Shown piece after piece: positions 40,524-50,550 of a DNA stretch of 64,000 bases; positions within the stretch are counted from its first letter, which is position 1, and every line of letters begins with the position of its first letter. This DNA comes from a virus (taxonomy: Duplodnaviria; Caudoviricetes). A model generated the notes under the pieces. It had not been told where the DNA came from. It saw nothing but the letters and a program-made list of their open reading frames with translations, and did no database searches. The stretch is from IMG/VR virus record IMGVR_UViG_3300029288_000129, positions 1 to 64,000 of that record; one strand, written 5' to 3'. Made by a program: the position numbers and the translations under genes.

Positions 40524-40856
40524 CTATTGCTTGTTGGCTCCGGCCGTGGTGGTGCCGCTGATGTGGATTTCGGTGGTGCAGGTATAGTCGCGGGGACCAT
40601 AGATGACGGGACCGCATCCATAGCAGACCACTATGCCGGGAGGATACGGCGACGGGCAGGGAATCGTGTCGGGCCACGGATACGGTTTTTGTTCCACCGG
40701 CGGCTTTTCCGGCCTCGGAATATAGAGATCGTCTTCCTCGTTGTCCACCGCTTCGAGCAGTTTGGTGAGCAGTGCCAGCACCCGTGCATCCACGGCCCGC
40801 GAGAGCCGCAACACCACGCTGTCGCCTTCCATCCGTTCTATTCGTGATTTTTCCAT
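40524..40856 (-). CDS. Pro-rich hypothetical protein
   Basis: Start refined to MEKSRI (GGAGG RBS). Confidence 0.6.
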   Translation of the reverse strand: MEKSRIERMEGDSVVLRLSRAVDARVLALLTKLLEAVDNEEDDLYIPRPEKPPVEQKPYPWPDTIPCPSPYPPGIVVCYGCGPVIYGPRDYTCTTEIHISGTTTAGANKQ

Positions 40857-40866
40857 CCTTGTCCTC

Positions 40867-41751
40867 CTAGTAAGACCAAGTGTAGGAACCGCTCCAATAC
40901 GATGCCGAGGTGGTGGCGAGGCCACGCCACGCATACATGATCGGCCACTTGCGCCGACTAAATCCGGCTATCGCGCTACCCGCCTCTGACTTCTTCACCG
41001 CCGCCGCGCCTTCCTTCGCCTCTTTCAACGCGACATCGTACATTCTCAGATACTTCTCATACTTTTGTTGCGACAAACTGTGGGTGTCCGATATCTGTAG
41101 GTCGTTGTCAACGAAGTTTCGAGCCTTCGCAAACATCAGCATGGCCACGGCGTACTGTTGCACGATCCATTCGTAACTGGTCGGAAGAGACGACATGGTA
41201 AATTCGTCGCGACGCGGCCCCTGCACATTGATGAACTGTATCGCATCTGCGATAAAACCCAACACGGTCTGGGCCCGAAACTTGAGATACGGGCCTGCCG
41301 CCGCGATATAGTCCTCAACATCGGTATCCGCGACTTGGTTCAAGACGCGGTGTGCGATGCGGTCGTAACGCGACAGAGCCGTTATCTCTATCACGCCGTC
41401 GAGCCTCAAGTTTATTGCCTCTGTGCCCAGCATCGTTTGGCCCAGAAATATCACTTCGTACCAACCATCTTCGATGCTCGTGGGGTCAATGTCCACACTA
41501 TAGACTGTATTCCCGCTGAGGGGCGGCACGAGAGTCCATGTCGTAAAGTCGGTTCCTATCGGTGTTGAACCGGGGGCGCGGAACGGCACATAGGATTCAC
41601 TGTCCTTGCGCCGCAACCGCACCCGTGGATTCGTAACCGTTATCGCAATATCGTCGCGGGTGAACTGACACCGCAGAGTAAAGACATCGCCTTCCAACCG
41701 TTGTTCCGATGCCAGTTGGGACGGCCCCGTAACCGTAGTGCTCTGCGTCAT
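40867..41751 (-). CDS. Head-tail connector/neck-like protein
   Basis: C-terminal helical region (FIADAIQFIN...YAVAMLM...DLQISD...KYL) resembles adaptor proteins; N-terminal Ig-like region. Confidence 0.55.
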   Translation of the reverse strand: MTQSTTVTGPSQLASEQRLEGDVFTLRCQFTRDDIAITVTNPRVRLRRKDSESYVPFRAPGSTPIGTDFTTWTLVPPLSGNTVYSVDIDPTSIEDGWYEVIFLGQTMLGTEAINLRLDGVIEITALSRYDRIAHRVLNQVADTDVEDYIAAAGPYLKFRAQTVLGFIADAIQFINVQGPRRDEFTMSSLPTSYEWIVQQYAVAMLMFAKARNFVDNDLQISDTHSLSQQKYEKYLRMYDVALKEAKEGAAAVKKSEAGSAIAGFSRRKWPIMYAWRGLATTSASYWSGSYTWSY

Positions 41752-41762
41752 CAGTCCCTCCC

Positions 41763-42623
41763 TTATTCGATACCCGCCGCTGTCGCCGCATCAAGAATTT
41801 CCTGATCCGGATCCGCTCCGGCCTCGGCCTCGTTTATCTCGTGTTCGCGCTTCACCTGTTGGGTCAGCCGTTTCATGTACCAATCGTTCTTGAGATTGAT
41901 CTCGACCTGAAACTTGCCTTCCTTCGTCTTGCTGCCCATTGAATCCACGACTTCCTTGGGGCTGACCTTGCCGTCCCAATAGCCGTGACGCACCATCTGT
42001 TTCGGCGACAGGCGACCCAATACGAGGATTTTCTGCGCCGCCAGTAGCGTGAGGCGGTTGCTGCGGTACAGATCGTTGGGGGTCTTAAAGGTCACCGACT
42101 CGCCGTTCACGAAAACTTCGCCGAGTTTGTCGAGCCTCTTCACCTCGCCGGGGCTGAACACCATCGCAGTGCTCGGGTCGTTTTTGTCCATCCACACATC
42201 GCTGACCACGATCATGTGGTCCGCGTAGCGGTTCGACAGGTATAGGCCCGAGGGGTCCGTGTCTTCTCGTGTCCCCACCGTGCCGCTCCTTGCCTCGGAG
42301 GCACGACGCTGCGCCTCCGCCGCGAAATCTTCGGGGCTCTCGGGAACCACATGCTCCTGCGCCTCTTTCTCGGCCAGAGCCATAACGGGAATCTTCGTCT
42401 CGTCAACGCCTTTCCGCGTCGAAACTTGCTGCTGCTTCTTTGCCATAACGGCCTCCTTCAATAAAGGGTGATCCAGCATCGGCACTTGTGTCACCACGAG
42501 ACTATACGGGTCTCGGGTAAACTCTTCGGCAACCCCATGCTTCCTCAGTTTACGGGCCAATCCCGGATTGGCATAACCGATCACCTGATTCTGCATCGAA
42601 TAGATTGGAATCGCCGCCATCAA
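41763..42623 (-). CDS. Hypothetical virion-operon protein
   Basis: First gene after the promoter at 42665-42693. Confidence 0.65.
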   Translation of the reverse strand: MMAAIPIYSMQNQVIGYANPGLARKLRKHGVAEEFTRDPYSLVVTQVPMLDHPLLKEAVMAKKQQQVSTRKGVDETKIPVMALAEKEAQEHVVPESPEDFAAEAQRRASEARSGTVGTREDTDPSGLYLSNRYADHMIVVSDVWMDKNDPSTAMVFSPGEVKRLDKLGEVFVNGESVTFKTPNDLYRSNRLTLLAAQKILVLGRLSPKQMVRHGYWDGKVSPKEVVDSMGSKTKEGKFQVEINLKNDWYMKRLTQQVKREHEINEAEAGADPDQEILDAATAAGIE

Positions 42624-42664
42624 GCGCCTCTCGCCAGACCTCGGACACCTTGTCCGGTATCGCT

Positions 42665-42693
42665 ATACTACGCCGAATCGTTTGGCGTGTCAA
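42665..42693 (-). promoter_or_regulatory. Sigma70 promoter for the structural operon
   Basis: TTGACA, 17 nt, TAGTAT. Confidence 0.65.
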
Positions 42694-42863
42694 TTTTCTC
42701 CGTATTTTCGGCTAGTTGCGAAATTTTTGCTAGTATTTAATGCCGCGCTTGTGGTGTCTGCTTGCAAACACCACTACAGGTAGCGGTACAAATAATCTTT
42801 ACTTTTATCTTGCTTTATGCCAAATAATGCGTAGTGTCGATTGTAGCGAACGGAGGTTTTCTC

Positions 42864-43118
42864 ATGGATATGGCTCTTATGACGATTAAAGACGCGGCTG
42901 AGTATTGCCGAGTCACAACCGATGGAATTTACCTGTGGCGATACACCGAATGGTTTCCGATCTTCTCGATTCAGCCGCCTCGTTACGAAAAAAACGCGGC
43001 CAACGAATGGTTACAGAAGCGACCCATCGGTGGTTACAAGGAAAAACCTGATCTTGATTGCTATTCGTATTGCACCACCGACCCTAAGTCGGACAATAGA
43101 AAGCAACTGGCGGAGTAG
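42864..43118 (+). CDS. Excisionase/MerR-like HTH protein
   Basis: LMTIKDAAEYCRVTTDGIYLW; GGAGG RBS. Confidence 0.7.
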   Translation: MDMALMTIKDAAEYCRVTTDGIYLWRYTEWFPIFSIQPPRYEKNAANEWLQKRPIGGYKEKPDLDCYSYCTTDPKSDNRKQLAE

Positions 43119-43372
43119 TTCGTGGAGTTCAAAACAAAACTTGGCTCCGCGATAGGCACTATCATTGACACGGCGACCGGCGCATTTTCTTCTGATGATG
43201 CGGTAGAAACTCTGGAAGGACTTGCCGACGACCTTCTTATCATCGCGGCTGACACCATGAAGGGACCGGACATGGATGATCTGCGGCAAGATTTTATTGA
43301 TGATATGGTTGCCTACGCTCTTGATAAACTAAAAAACAGGCCCGGTGGAACACGACCCCGATAGGAGGACTG

Positions 43373-44302
43373 ATGCATCGCTACGACTGGGAGCCGGAAA
43401 AGTATATGGTTGACACCGCGCATCTTGACGAGATCGAGGATTTGGTTTATCGTCGTCTTTTGGATTACGCATATCTTTTAGAGACTCCTTTGCCAAACAA
43501 CATTGCCGACATAACTAAAAAAATACGGCTTGGAAAGAATCGCATTGACACTGTTTCTGCTGTTTTGCATGAGTTTTTTTATCTAAAAAAATATGCTGAA
43601 AACGATATTGAGAAGGATGGGTGGGCTCACAAAAAGGTTGAGTTGGTGCTTGAAAAAATATATCAACGCAGTGATAAGGCTAGAGAATCTGCAAATGCAA
43701 AGTGGGCTAAATGGTATCGCGCAAATCCTGCGAACGCAGAGCGAACGCAGAGCGAACGCAGAGCGAACGCTATGCAAACGCAATGCGATGGCTCTGCGAA
43801 TGCTCTGCTTATTCAAGTACTCAAGTACCCAAAGACTCAAATACTCAAAGACAAAGATAAAAATAATGGGGATACAGTATCGTCTCCTAGCGGAGACTCA
43901 CCCCCGCAGCAACAAAAACTTTTTCCCGAAACACAACGGACATTAATTCCATACGATGAGATTGTGAACGAATATAATCGAATTTGCATCAGTCTGCGAA
44001 AGTGTCGTCCACATCTGTCCGATGTGCGGAAGAAAGGGGTTGCAAAAATATATCGATTGCTGGATAACGATATGGATCAAATCAGACTTTTGTTTACAAA
44101 GGCCCAAAACTCTGCTTTCTGCCGAGGCGAAAGGCCCAACGAAAAGCATCCAAATTTTCAAGCAGATTTTGCATGGCTTATGAAAGAAGAGCCTGCGTTG
44201 AGAACACTTGAGGGTAAATACGACGACAAGAACCCCTACGATTCAGTAGATGAGTTCGGCGAGTCAAAGATGGAGGAAGAAGATGATCGACACCATGAGT
44301 GA
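43373..44302 (+). CDS. Replication initiator, DUF1376/YdaU (lambda O-like)
   Basis: YMVDTAHLDEIEDLVYRRLLDYAY...PLP; C-terminal ADFAWLMK...EGKY. Confidence 0.85.
   Translation: MHRYDWEPEKYMVDTAHLDEIEDLVYRRLLDYAYLLETPLPNNIADITKKIRLGKNRIDTVSAVLHEFFYLKKYAENDIEKDGWAHKKVELVLEKIYQRSDKARESANAKWAKWYRANPANAERTQSERRANAMQTQCDGSANALLIQVLKYPKTQILKDKDKNNGDTVSSPSGDSPPQQQKLFPETQRTLIPYDEIVNEYNRICISLRKCRPHLSDVRKKGVAKIYRLLDNDMDQIRLLFTKAQNSAFCRGERPNEKHPNFQADFAWLMKEEPALRTLEGKYDDKNPYDSVDEFGESKMEEEDDRHHE
43730..43770 (+). repeat. 11-bp iteron-like tandem repeats, probable origin of replication
   Basis: GCGAACGCAGA x3 plus GCGAACGC inside the initiator gene, followed by an A-rich tract. Confidence 0.7.
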
Positions 44303-45287
44303 GGAAACACGGCTCCGTGAGGCCATACAGGGCTACGGGAACAACGAGATGGTGCTCAGCGATGGGTATAGTACCCTCTCGGTCGATCCGGCGACCCTGC
44401 CGCCCCACAAAGCGTCTTTACTCTCGGCTCTGGGCAAACAGAATATATCGGTGACGACCTGCAAGAGTTGCGGATCCGATACGCCGGGTATGTTGCGGCC
44501 CGTCGAGGTGCGATGGAACGGTGACCGTTATGTGTGGCGTGACAATCCAATGGCATGCATCGAATACTGTTGCGACTCGAACCGTAGCGTAGTGGCAGCA
44601 CTCGAAGAGAAGCGCAACGCCTATGCGAACCGCATTTGCGACGAGTCCAGCGACGCGGTGCGACAACAGCGGATGGCGAGCCTAGTATCGTTGAGTATGT
44701 TGGGGGATCGGTGGCAGGACCGGACCTTCGCCAATTTCCGCATCAACGATAAGAACCGGCGCAGTTATGATATGTGTCGCACCTACGCCGAATCGTTTCG
44801 ACGCATGTACAGTGTCGGGTCTCCACAACAGGGACGAGGGCTCGCCTTGATCGGCCCCGCCGGAACCGGAAAAACACATCTGGCCGCCGCTACGACGATG
44901 CATTGCCTCGAATATGGGGTCGCGGTAGTGTTTGCCAATTTTGTCGAGATGATGAACCTTTTGACCCGCCGAGGCAGGGAGCGGGACGAATATGTGGATA
45001 AACTCTGTTATGCCGATCTGCTGGTCATTGATGATCTGGGCAAAGAGTTTAACACATCGGATGCGCACGAGGGCATACGGATACGGCAGGGGCTCTACCT
45101 TGTGGTGAATACCCGATATGAGCGGAAGCGTCCGATCATAGCGACCATGAACGATACGAGCGAAACGCTGAAGAAGAAACTGGACCCTGCCGTGGTGGAT
45201 CGGTTGCTGGAGGGCTGGTGGTCGAAGGAGGGGCGGTGGAACCATATTGTCAAGATGGACTGGAGTAGCGAGAGGACCGGACGATGA
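44283..45287 (+). CDS. DnaC/IstB-like AAA+ helicase loader
   Basis: Walker A GPAGTGKT, Walker B LLVIDDLG, YERKRPIIATMN, DRL. Confidence 0.9.
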   Translation: MIDTMSEETRLREAIQGYGNNEMVLSDGYSTLSVDPATLPPHKASLLSALGKQNISVTTCKSCGSDTPGMLRPVEVRWNGDRYVWRDNPMACIEYCCDSNRSVVAALEEKRNAYANRICDESSDAVRQQRMASLVSLSMLGDRWQDRTFANFRINDKNRRSYDMCRTYAESFRRMYSVGSPQQGRGLALIGPAGTGKTHLAAATTMHCLEYGVAVVFANFVEMMNLLTRRGRERDEYVDKLCYADLLVIDDLGKEFNTSDAHEGIRIRQGLYLVVNTRYERKRPIIATMNDTSETLKKKLDPAVVDRLLEGWWSKEGRWNHIVKMDWSSERTGR

Positions 45288-45832
45288 TAAAAGCAAGGGT
45301 ATGGAGCGAACGGTATCGGCGGCATTTCTATCATGGCGATCCTTTGGGGTCGGGTCGGGTCGAAGTACGCATGCTCGGCGACGGGGCGTGGCAACTCATC
45401 TGTGTCACCGAGGAAGGCGCGGCCACTTTGCTTCACGCCGCGATGCCCCTCAACGATTGCCCCGACGCTACACTTGAACTTGATATCGGTTGCGACGACG
45501 AGACTGGCGTACGGCTTTACGCCGGTGATGTGGTCTATGTTCCCGCAGGATATAGCGGCGACTACTACTATTCGGAACATTTTATGACCATAGAGATGGA
45601 CCCACCATCAAAAGGCTTGACGCGAGAGTTTTCAAGACCAATCACGGATTCTTCTTTTGATTCTTGCCTGCGGGTCCGCACCATACACGATCCGGAAAGC
45701 GAGATGGAGCGCACCGTTACGGCTCGACGCGAAGAGAAAGAAAAGAGTCGGGCTGAAAAGGAGATGGCGCAGGAGCGTGCCGAATATGAACGGTTGAAGG
45801 CAAGGTTTGAGAAGGAGAATAAACATGGTTGA
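45284..45832 (+). CDS. Hypothetical protein
   Basis: Coupled ORF, 182 aa. Confidence 0.65.
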   Translation: MIKARVWSERYRRHFYHGDPLGSGRVEVRMLGDGAWQLICVTEEGAATLLHAAMPLNDCPDATLELDIGCDDETGVRLYAGDVVYVPAGYSGDYYYSEHFMTIEMDPPSKGLTREFSRPITDSSFDSCLRVRTIHDPESEMERTVTARREEKEKSRAEKEMAQERAEYERLKARFEKENKHG

Positions 45833-46052
45833 GAAAGGTAACGGGCCGAAGGTGCGGGAACAGATATTGGCCGTGATGCTGCCAGATCAATGGATGTCGC
45901 CGACACAGATAGGGTTGGCTCTCGGCATCCCCTATGACCGCGCGTCCGGCTATGTGAATCGTCACCTTAAACAGTTGGTGGCGGAGCAGCGTGTCTCGAA
46001 GCGGTATCATCCCAAGCCGATGTATTGTCTGTATCGTCGAGGCGCGGCATGA
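45825..46052 (+). CDS. Small winged-HTH protein (paralog 1)
   Basis: QWMSPTQIGLALG. Confidence 0.65.
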   Translation: MVEKGNGPKVREQILAVMLPDQWMSPTQIGLALGIPYDRASGYVNRHLKQLVAEQRVSKRYHPKPMYCLYRRGAA

Positions 46053-46910
46053 GCGGGCTACTTCTTTTTCCGTGGGATCGCGGCGAAGCACCTTTCTGGG
46101 TCAATCCCGAGAATGGATTGATGTGGTATCACGACAAGGATTCGACCGAGTGGTGCAGCCGTCCGATACACGATTTACCGCCGCTGGAAGCCGCCGTGTT
46201 CTTTGTGTGTCGCAAAGAGGGGGACCGTATAGAACCGATCACGCGCATCTTGATTGACACGCGGACCAATGAGCCGTTGGCGGAACATACCAGCCTCGAA
46301 GCAATGGGCGTGAAAATAGACGCTCTTCGTTTGGCGCGAGGCACGAATCGTACGAAGAAATCGAAGCGGAGGTCAACGACATGAGATGCCTACTGTTTCT
46401 TATCGTGGTGGCAATCACGGCCTGTTCCGCGCCGCAACGACCCGAACCGGTGGAAAAGAAAAAGCCGACGCGGGACGAGATGTGCGCGGACCCGAAGACT
46501 GCGCCGAGTGTTCGCAAAATGCTATGCGAGTAGGGCATGAACATTGAAATTCACAGTCCGCGCATAGAGGGCCGATACTTTTGTCCCCTGTGCGGGAAAG
46601 CAATTTATCTGCGGACCGTTTCGTATGGACCCATACTGTTGCAATGCGACAAGTGCCGTCGTCGGGTCGAAGTAACGATACAGCCGTATGTTTTCTACAA
46701 TCTGGGAACAATAGGGGCCAACAACACAACGGGGGCATGACATGATTAGGTGTGACCACGCAGGAATGTATGTGTGCTGTGCCGATTGCGGCCACAGCGA
46801 GGACCATACGGAGTTCAACGATTGCGCGACTCAACCGGTTTCGTGCGCGGCCTTGCTCCGCGAGTTCGGAGAGGCCGTGCTGGTAAAATGTTTGCCGGTG
46901 GAGAAGAGCG

Positions 46911-47129
46911 ATGGCTAAGAAGGGAGACGAGACTAGGGCGCGGATAGACGCGATCATGGCGGATGGTGAGTGGCGCACGCCCACGGAAATAGGTCTTGCG
47001 CTGAGGATATGCAGGGAAAACGCTTCGTCGCGAGTCTGCGCTTACTTGAAAAAAATGGTGCTGTGTGGCGAGATGGAAAAAAGAACCGTGCCGATGCGGA
47101 TGTACCGGAAGGTGGGGGGGAAACGGTGA
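46911..47129 (+). CDS. Small winged-HTH protein (paralog 2)
   Basis: EWRTPTEIGLALR. Confidence 0.65.
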   Translation: MAKKGDETRARIDAIMADGEWRTPTEIGLALRICRENASSRVCAYLKKMVLCGEMEKRTVPMRMYRKVGGKR

Positions 47130-47296
47130 GAAACCGCATATTGGTTGGCGATGCGATAGAGATGTTGCGACAGATACCGGACGGTTCTGTGCAATGCATC
47201 ATATCTAGCCCGCCGTACTACGGGTTGAGATCGTATCTGGACGCGGAACATGAGGACAAAGGCAAAGAGATCGGTGCGGCAAGTAACCTTGTTTGA
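47126..47296 (+). pseudogene. Truncated N4/N6 DNA methyltransferase (N-terminal fragment)
   Basis: NRILVGDAIEML...CIISSPPYYGLRSY stops after 56 aa; no SAM-binding motif follows. Confidence 0.8.
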
Positions 47297-47557
47297 TATG
47301 GGGGCAGAACGATGACCGAACCTTTACGCCACTGGATATTTATGGTCGATGACTTTGACGGGCCGCAGTTTCTCGACGCGCTCGGAAACGAAATCGACGA
47401 ATCCGATGCGAAGCGAGATCCGTTTGTGGGCACGGATCTTGAAGCGTACAGCGAAGGCGAGAGGCGTACCGATTTGTGGGAAGAGAGGACCGGCAAGTGG
47501 GCCGAGCGGACAACGCGGATGAGTCTGGGGATTATAAAAGCGGAGGACACCAGACGA

Positions 47558-48144
47558 TGAGTGATGAAAGATGTTATGTCTGTAAAGAGCCGGTGGATAA
47601 GTGTGGGTGCGGGAACTGCATTCCCGGCAAGACAGAGGTGAGCGGCATAGAAAGATGCACCGATGTGTTTTGCGCCACCGTTACGCCGGGAGAGGCGATA
47701 TCGGTGCCGTGCAAGACGGTTACAATCACGATGACGACACAGGGGCCGTTACCGCCGCGCATCCAGATCGTGGATGCTGATGGGTTTGCGGCTCTCGTGA
47801 CGGATCGCAAGCGGCTGACCGATACGCTGCATCAAGTTGACGATCTGTTGGCCAACAATTTCATCACCGCAAGGGACGGCGACTACCGGACCGCGCTGAT
47901 GGAGTGGTTGAAGCGGAACATTGAGATACACGATGACCCCGCCGTGTCTGAGGCGGCGCGGGATCGCGAGGAGTACCGCTGTGGGCTCGAAGCCACTATT
48001 CTCGCGATTAAGAAATCCTGCGGCATGGGACCGGACGCGCCGAACGAATTGGTGGCGGCTGTTATCGGCGATGCGTTGCGCCGCAAGAACGCTACCATAG
48101 ATGCGATGGCGAAAGAACTAGAACAGATACGGGGACCGAAATGA
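47558..48144 (+). CDS. Hypothetical protein
   Basis: MSDERCY start overlapping the upstream stop. Confidence 0.55.
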
Positions 48145-49259
48145 ACCGAACCGAAACTTTCAAGGCGATGAGCAGCAAGGACCGCATTATGCGCCTTATC
48201 GAGATCGGAGCCAAAGAGGTGCATGGCACCATCACGCCCGATGATATCGCGGACCGCGAGGCGATACAGGCGATCCGTTTCAAGAATGGCGAGATGGAAG
48301 CCGTGGTCAAGGAATGGGAGCGCGACCCCGAATATCATGGTCCCGAGACCACGAAGGCTGCGGACGAGTTCCGCGAGGAACAGGCGCGGCACCGGACACG
48401 GGAAGCGATGCGGCCCAAGATCGTCGTGATCGGACCCGGAGCCGATGATGCGATAAAGAAATCTCTAAGAGCCATCCGCGCCGTGACCGCCGACCTTATT
48501 GACGACAAGATCGTGGTCAGCCCATTTATGGAAGAGGGCATGGCGTTTGTGGCCCCTGCCGAGGATATGACGCTGAAGGACAAGCCGTATGGGGTGCCGG
48601 ACCTTCCCGAGGCGACCGCTATACAGATGCCGTCGATCTCGGGTATCGGGCGCATATACGAAAGTATTTTTGGCGATCTTTTCAACGGAATTAAGGGTGC
48701 TACGCTGCGCAACTCCGGTATCATCGACATGCTGCTGGACGAATCCGCGTATGACCCGAAGCCGCCGCCGACACGGGAACTCGCCCAGTATTGGGCCGTC
48801 CGTAACCGCCGCTACACCAATATCCGGCGACTGAACCATTTCCGCAAGTACCTGCGTGAGCCGGAATGGAACGGCGAGCGTGCCGATGCGGTGTCTTATC
48901 GTATCGTTCAGAAAGCCATGGCGGTGATCCGCGCCTTGCCCGAGCAGTACCAGCCCTTTGTCGCGCCTACCGCTTGGGGCACCATACAGTTTGAGTACGG
49001 GAGCCTCAAGAAAGAAGAGAACCGTCTCGATATAGAAATAGATGGTCGTAAATCGCGGATGCGGTGGATGACCAAGATAACGGGAGGCGACGGATATAGT
49101 CGCGGCACCGAAACCTTCCGAACCAGTACCGCCAACCTTGTGCGGCGCATCCGCGACTGGCACGATGCGATGAAGCCGCCGATGTATGTGATGACGGCCG
49201 ACATGTCAACAACGGGCATGAACGATAACAACGATGTCTTTGTAGGAGAACAACCATGA
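48141..49259 (+). CDS. Hypothetical protein
   Basis: 372-aa ORF with coupled overlaps. Confidence 0.75.
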   Translation: MNRTETFKAMSSKDRIMRLIEIGAKEVHGTITPDDIADREAIQAIRFKNGEMEAVVKEWERDPEYHGPETTKAADEFREEQARHRTREAMRPKIVVIGPGADDAIKKSLRAIRAVTADLIDDKIVVSPFMEEGMAFVAPAEDMTLKDKPYGVPDLPEATAIQMPSISGIGRIYESIFGDLFNGIKGATLRNSGIIDMLLDESAYDPKPPPTRELAQYWAVRNRRYTNIRRLNHFRKYLREPEWNGERADAVSYRIVQKAMAVIRALPEQYQPFVAPTAWGTIQFEYGSLKKEENRLDIEIDGRKSRMRWMTKITGGDGYSRGTETFRTSTANLVRRIRDWHDAMKPPMYVMTADMSTTGMNDNNDVFVGEQP

Positions 49260-49738
49260 GAATCTATTTCGATGTGACCGAGTTACAAGACGACGGCAAA
49301 CGCCATTTGGTCCGGCACGATGGCAAAGGCGAACTGCCCCATGACGAGTTGCTGAAACACGCGCATTGCGTCAGCGGCGATCTTGGGTGGTGCGATATAC
49401 CCGACGCGGATTCGGCCAGCGGCGCGGAGGGTCATCGCGTGATGACCTGCGTTTACTGCGGCAAAGAGTACCCGCAGGATACGCCGGGATGGGACAACGG
49501 TGTGCTGACGGCGCATATCAAGGTTTGCCCGAAGCATCCGTTGCGGCAAGCCGAAGAGGACATGTTTTTGCTTCGCAAAGCGTTGATCGGCTTGATCGGC
49601 GCGGAGACGCGGGAAGAGTTGGAGCGCATGGAAGCGATGATGCGGGCCTTGCCTGCGCCGGAACAAGACAAGGCGGTGTCTATCAACGCTATCCACGCTC
49701 TTCTCGCTACGATGCCGGAGGCGACCCATGAGCATTGA
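49256..49738 (+). CDS. Hypothetical protein with C2H-type Zn motif
   Basis: CVYCG...HIKVCPKHP. Confidence 0.65.
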   Translation: MRIYFDVTELQDDGKRHLVRHDGKGELPHDELLKHAHCVSGDLGWCDIPDADSASGAEGHRVMTCVYCGKEYPQDTPGWDNGVLTAHIKVCPKHPLRQAEEDMFLLRKALIGLIGAETREELERMEAMMRALPAPEQDKAVSINAIHALLATMPEATHEH

Positions 49739-50330
49739 GACTATTGCGGAGCGTCTGCGGACCCAAGACAACCAGTGTACCGCCGACCCCATGTATGTCG
49801 TGTTTCGGAAACAGAAGGTGGTGACGACCGATGATTATTCATGCCTGTATCAATGGTACGATCACGATGGATGCTGCGAAGCGGACCAACGGCAAACCGC
49901 GATTCTGGACCGGATGGAGGAGCGCGGGCGTGACACGGGGCCGTGGGAGAAACACTACTATCAAGAGGTTGACGAGTTCATATCCGTGTTTTTCACCGAT
50001 CAGTCCGCCAAGGATTTCATAGCACGAAACAAACATCGGTATGGGGCTATGCATGTTTTCGTTGATTCTGGATGCCGCAACCCGGAGTGGCAGGAAGTCC
50101 GCGCATGGCTCGCCAAGCAGGATATCCGCTACGATTCGCCGCATATCTTGTCGCCCGAGTGGTATGCCAAGAACGCGGACGACCCTATGAAGATGTTGCG
50201 CCACCTACTCTGTGTTGTCAACACGATCACGGCACCGCATCGACACGGGAACCCGATACCGAAATCCCGGCTCGACGAAATGTGTGAGGTGCAGTTGAGA
50301 ATAGAGGAATCGATAGGGGATAAGATATGA
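49728..50330 (+). CDS. Conserved phage protein (Ead/Ea22 C-terminal-like)
   Basis: LRTQDNQCTADPMYVV...RNPEWQEVRAWL. Confidence 0.65.
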   Translation: MSIETIAERLRTQDNQCTADPMYVVFRKQKVVTTDDYSCLYQWYDHDGCCEADQRQTAILDRMEERGRDTGPWEKHYYQEVDEFISVFFTDQSAKDFIARNKHRYGAMHVFVDSGCRNPEWQEVRAWLAKQDIRYDSPHILSPEWYAKNADDPMKMLRHLLCVVNTITAPHRHGNPIPKSRLDEMCEVQLRIEESIGDKI

Positions 50331-50550
50331 GCCACACCACACACCTGCGCCTCAAGGCACAACGCGATCCGTCTCACTACGATGCGCCCGAGGTCAGCAA
50401 CGAGGTCTTTGCGATCTCGATGGACACTATGAACAGCGCGGAACTCATGGCTCAACGCTACAACGAACTGCTTGATCTGGTTGATATTCTGCTGTCGGAC
50501 CAGAAGCCGAGCGTTCGTGCGATGCGACAACTTGTGAAGATGCGGAGGCC

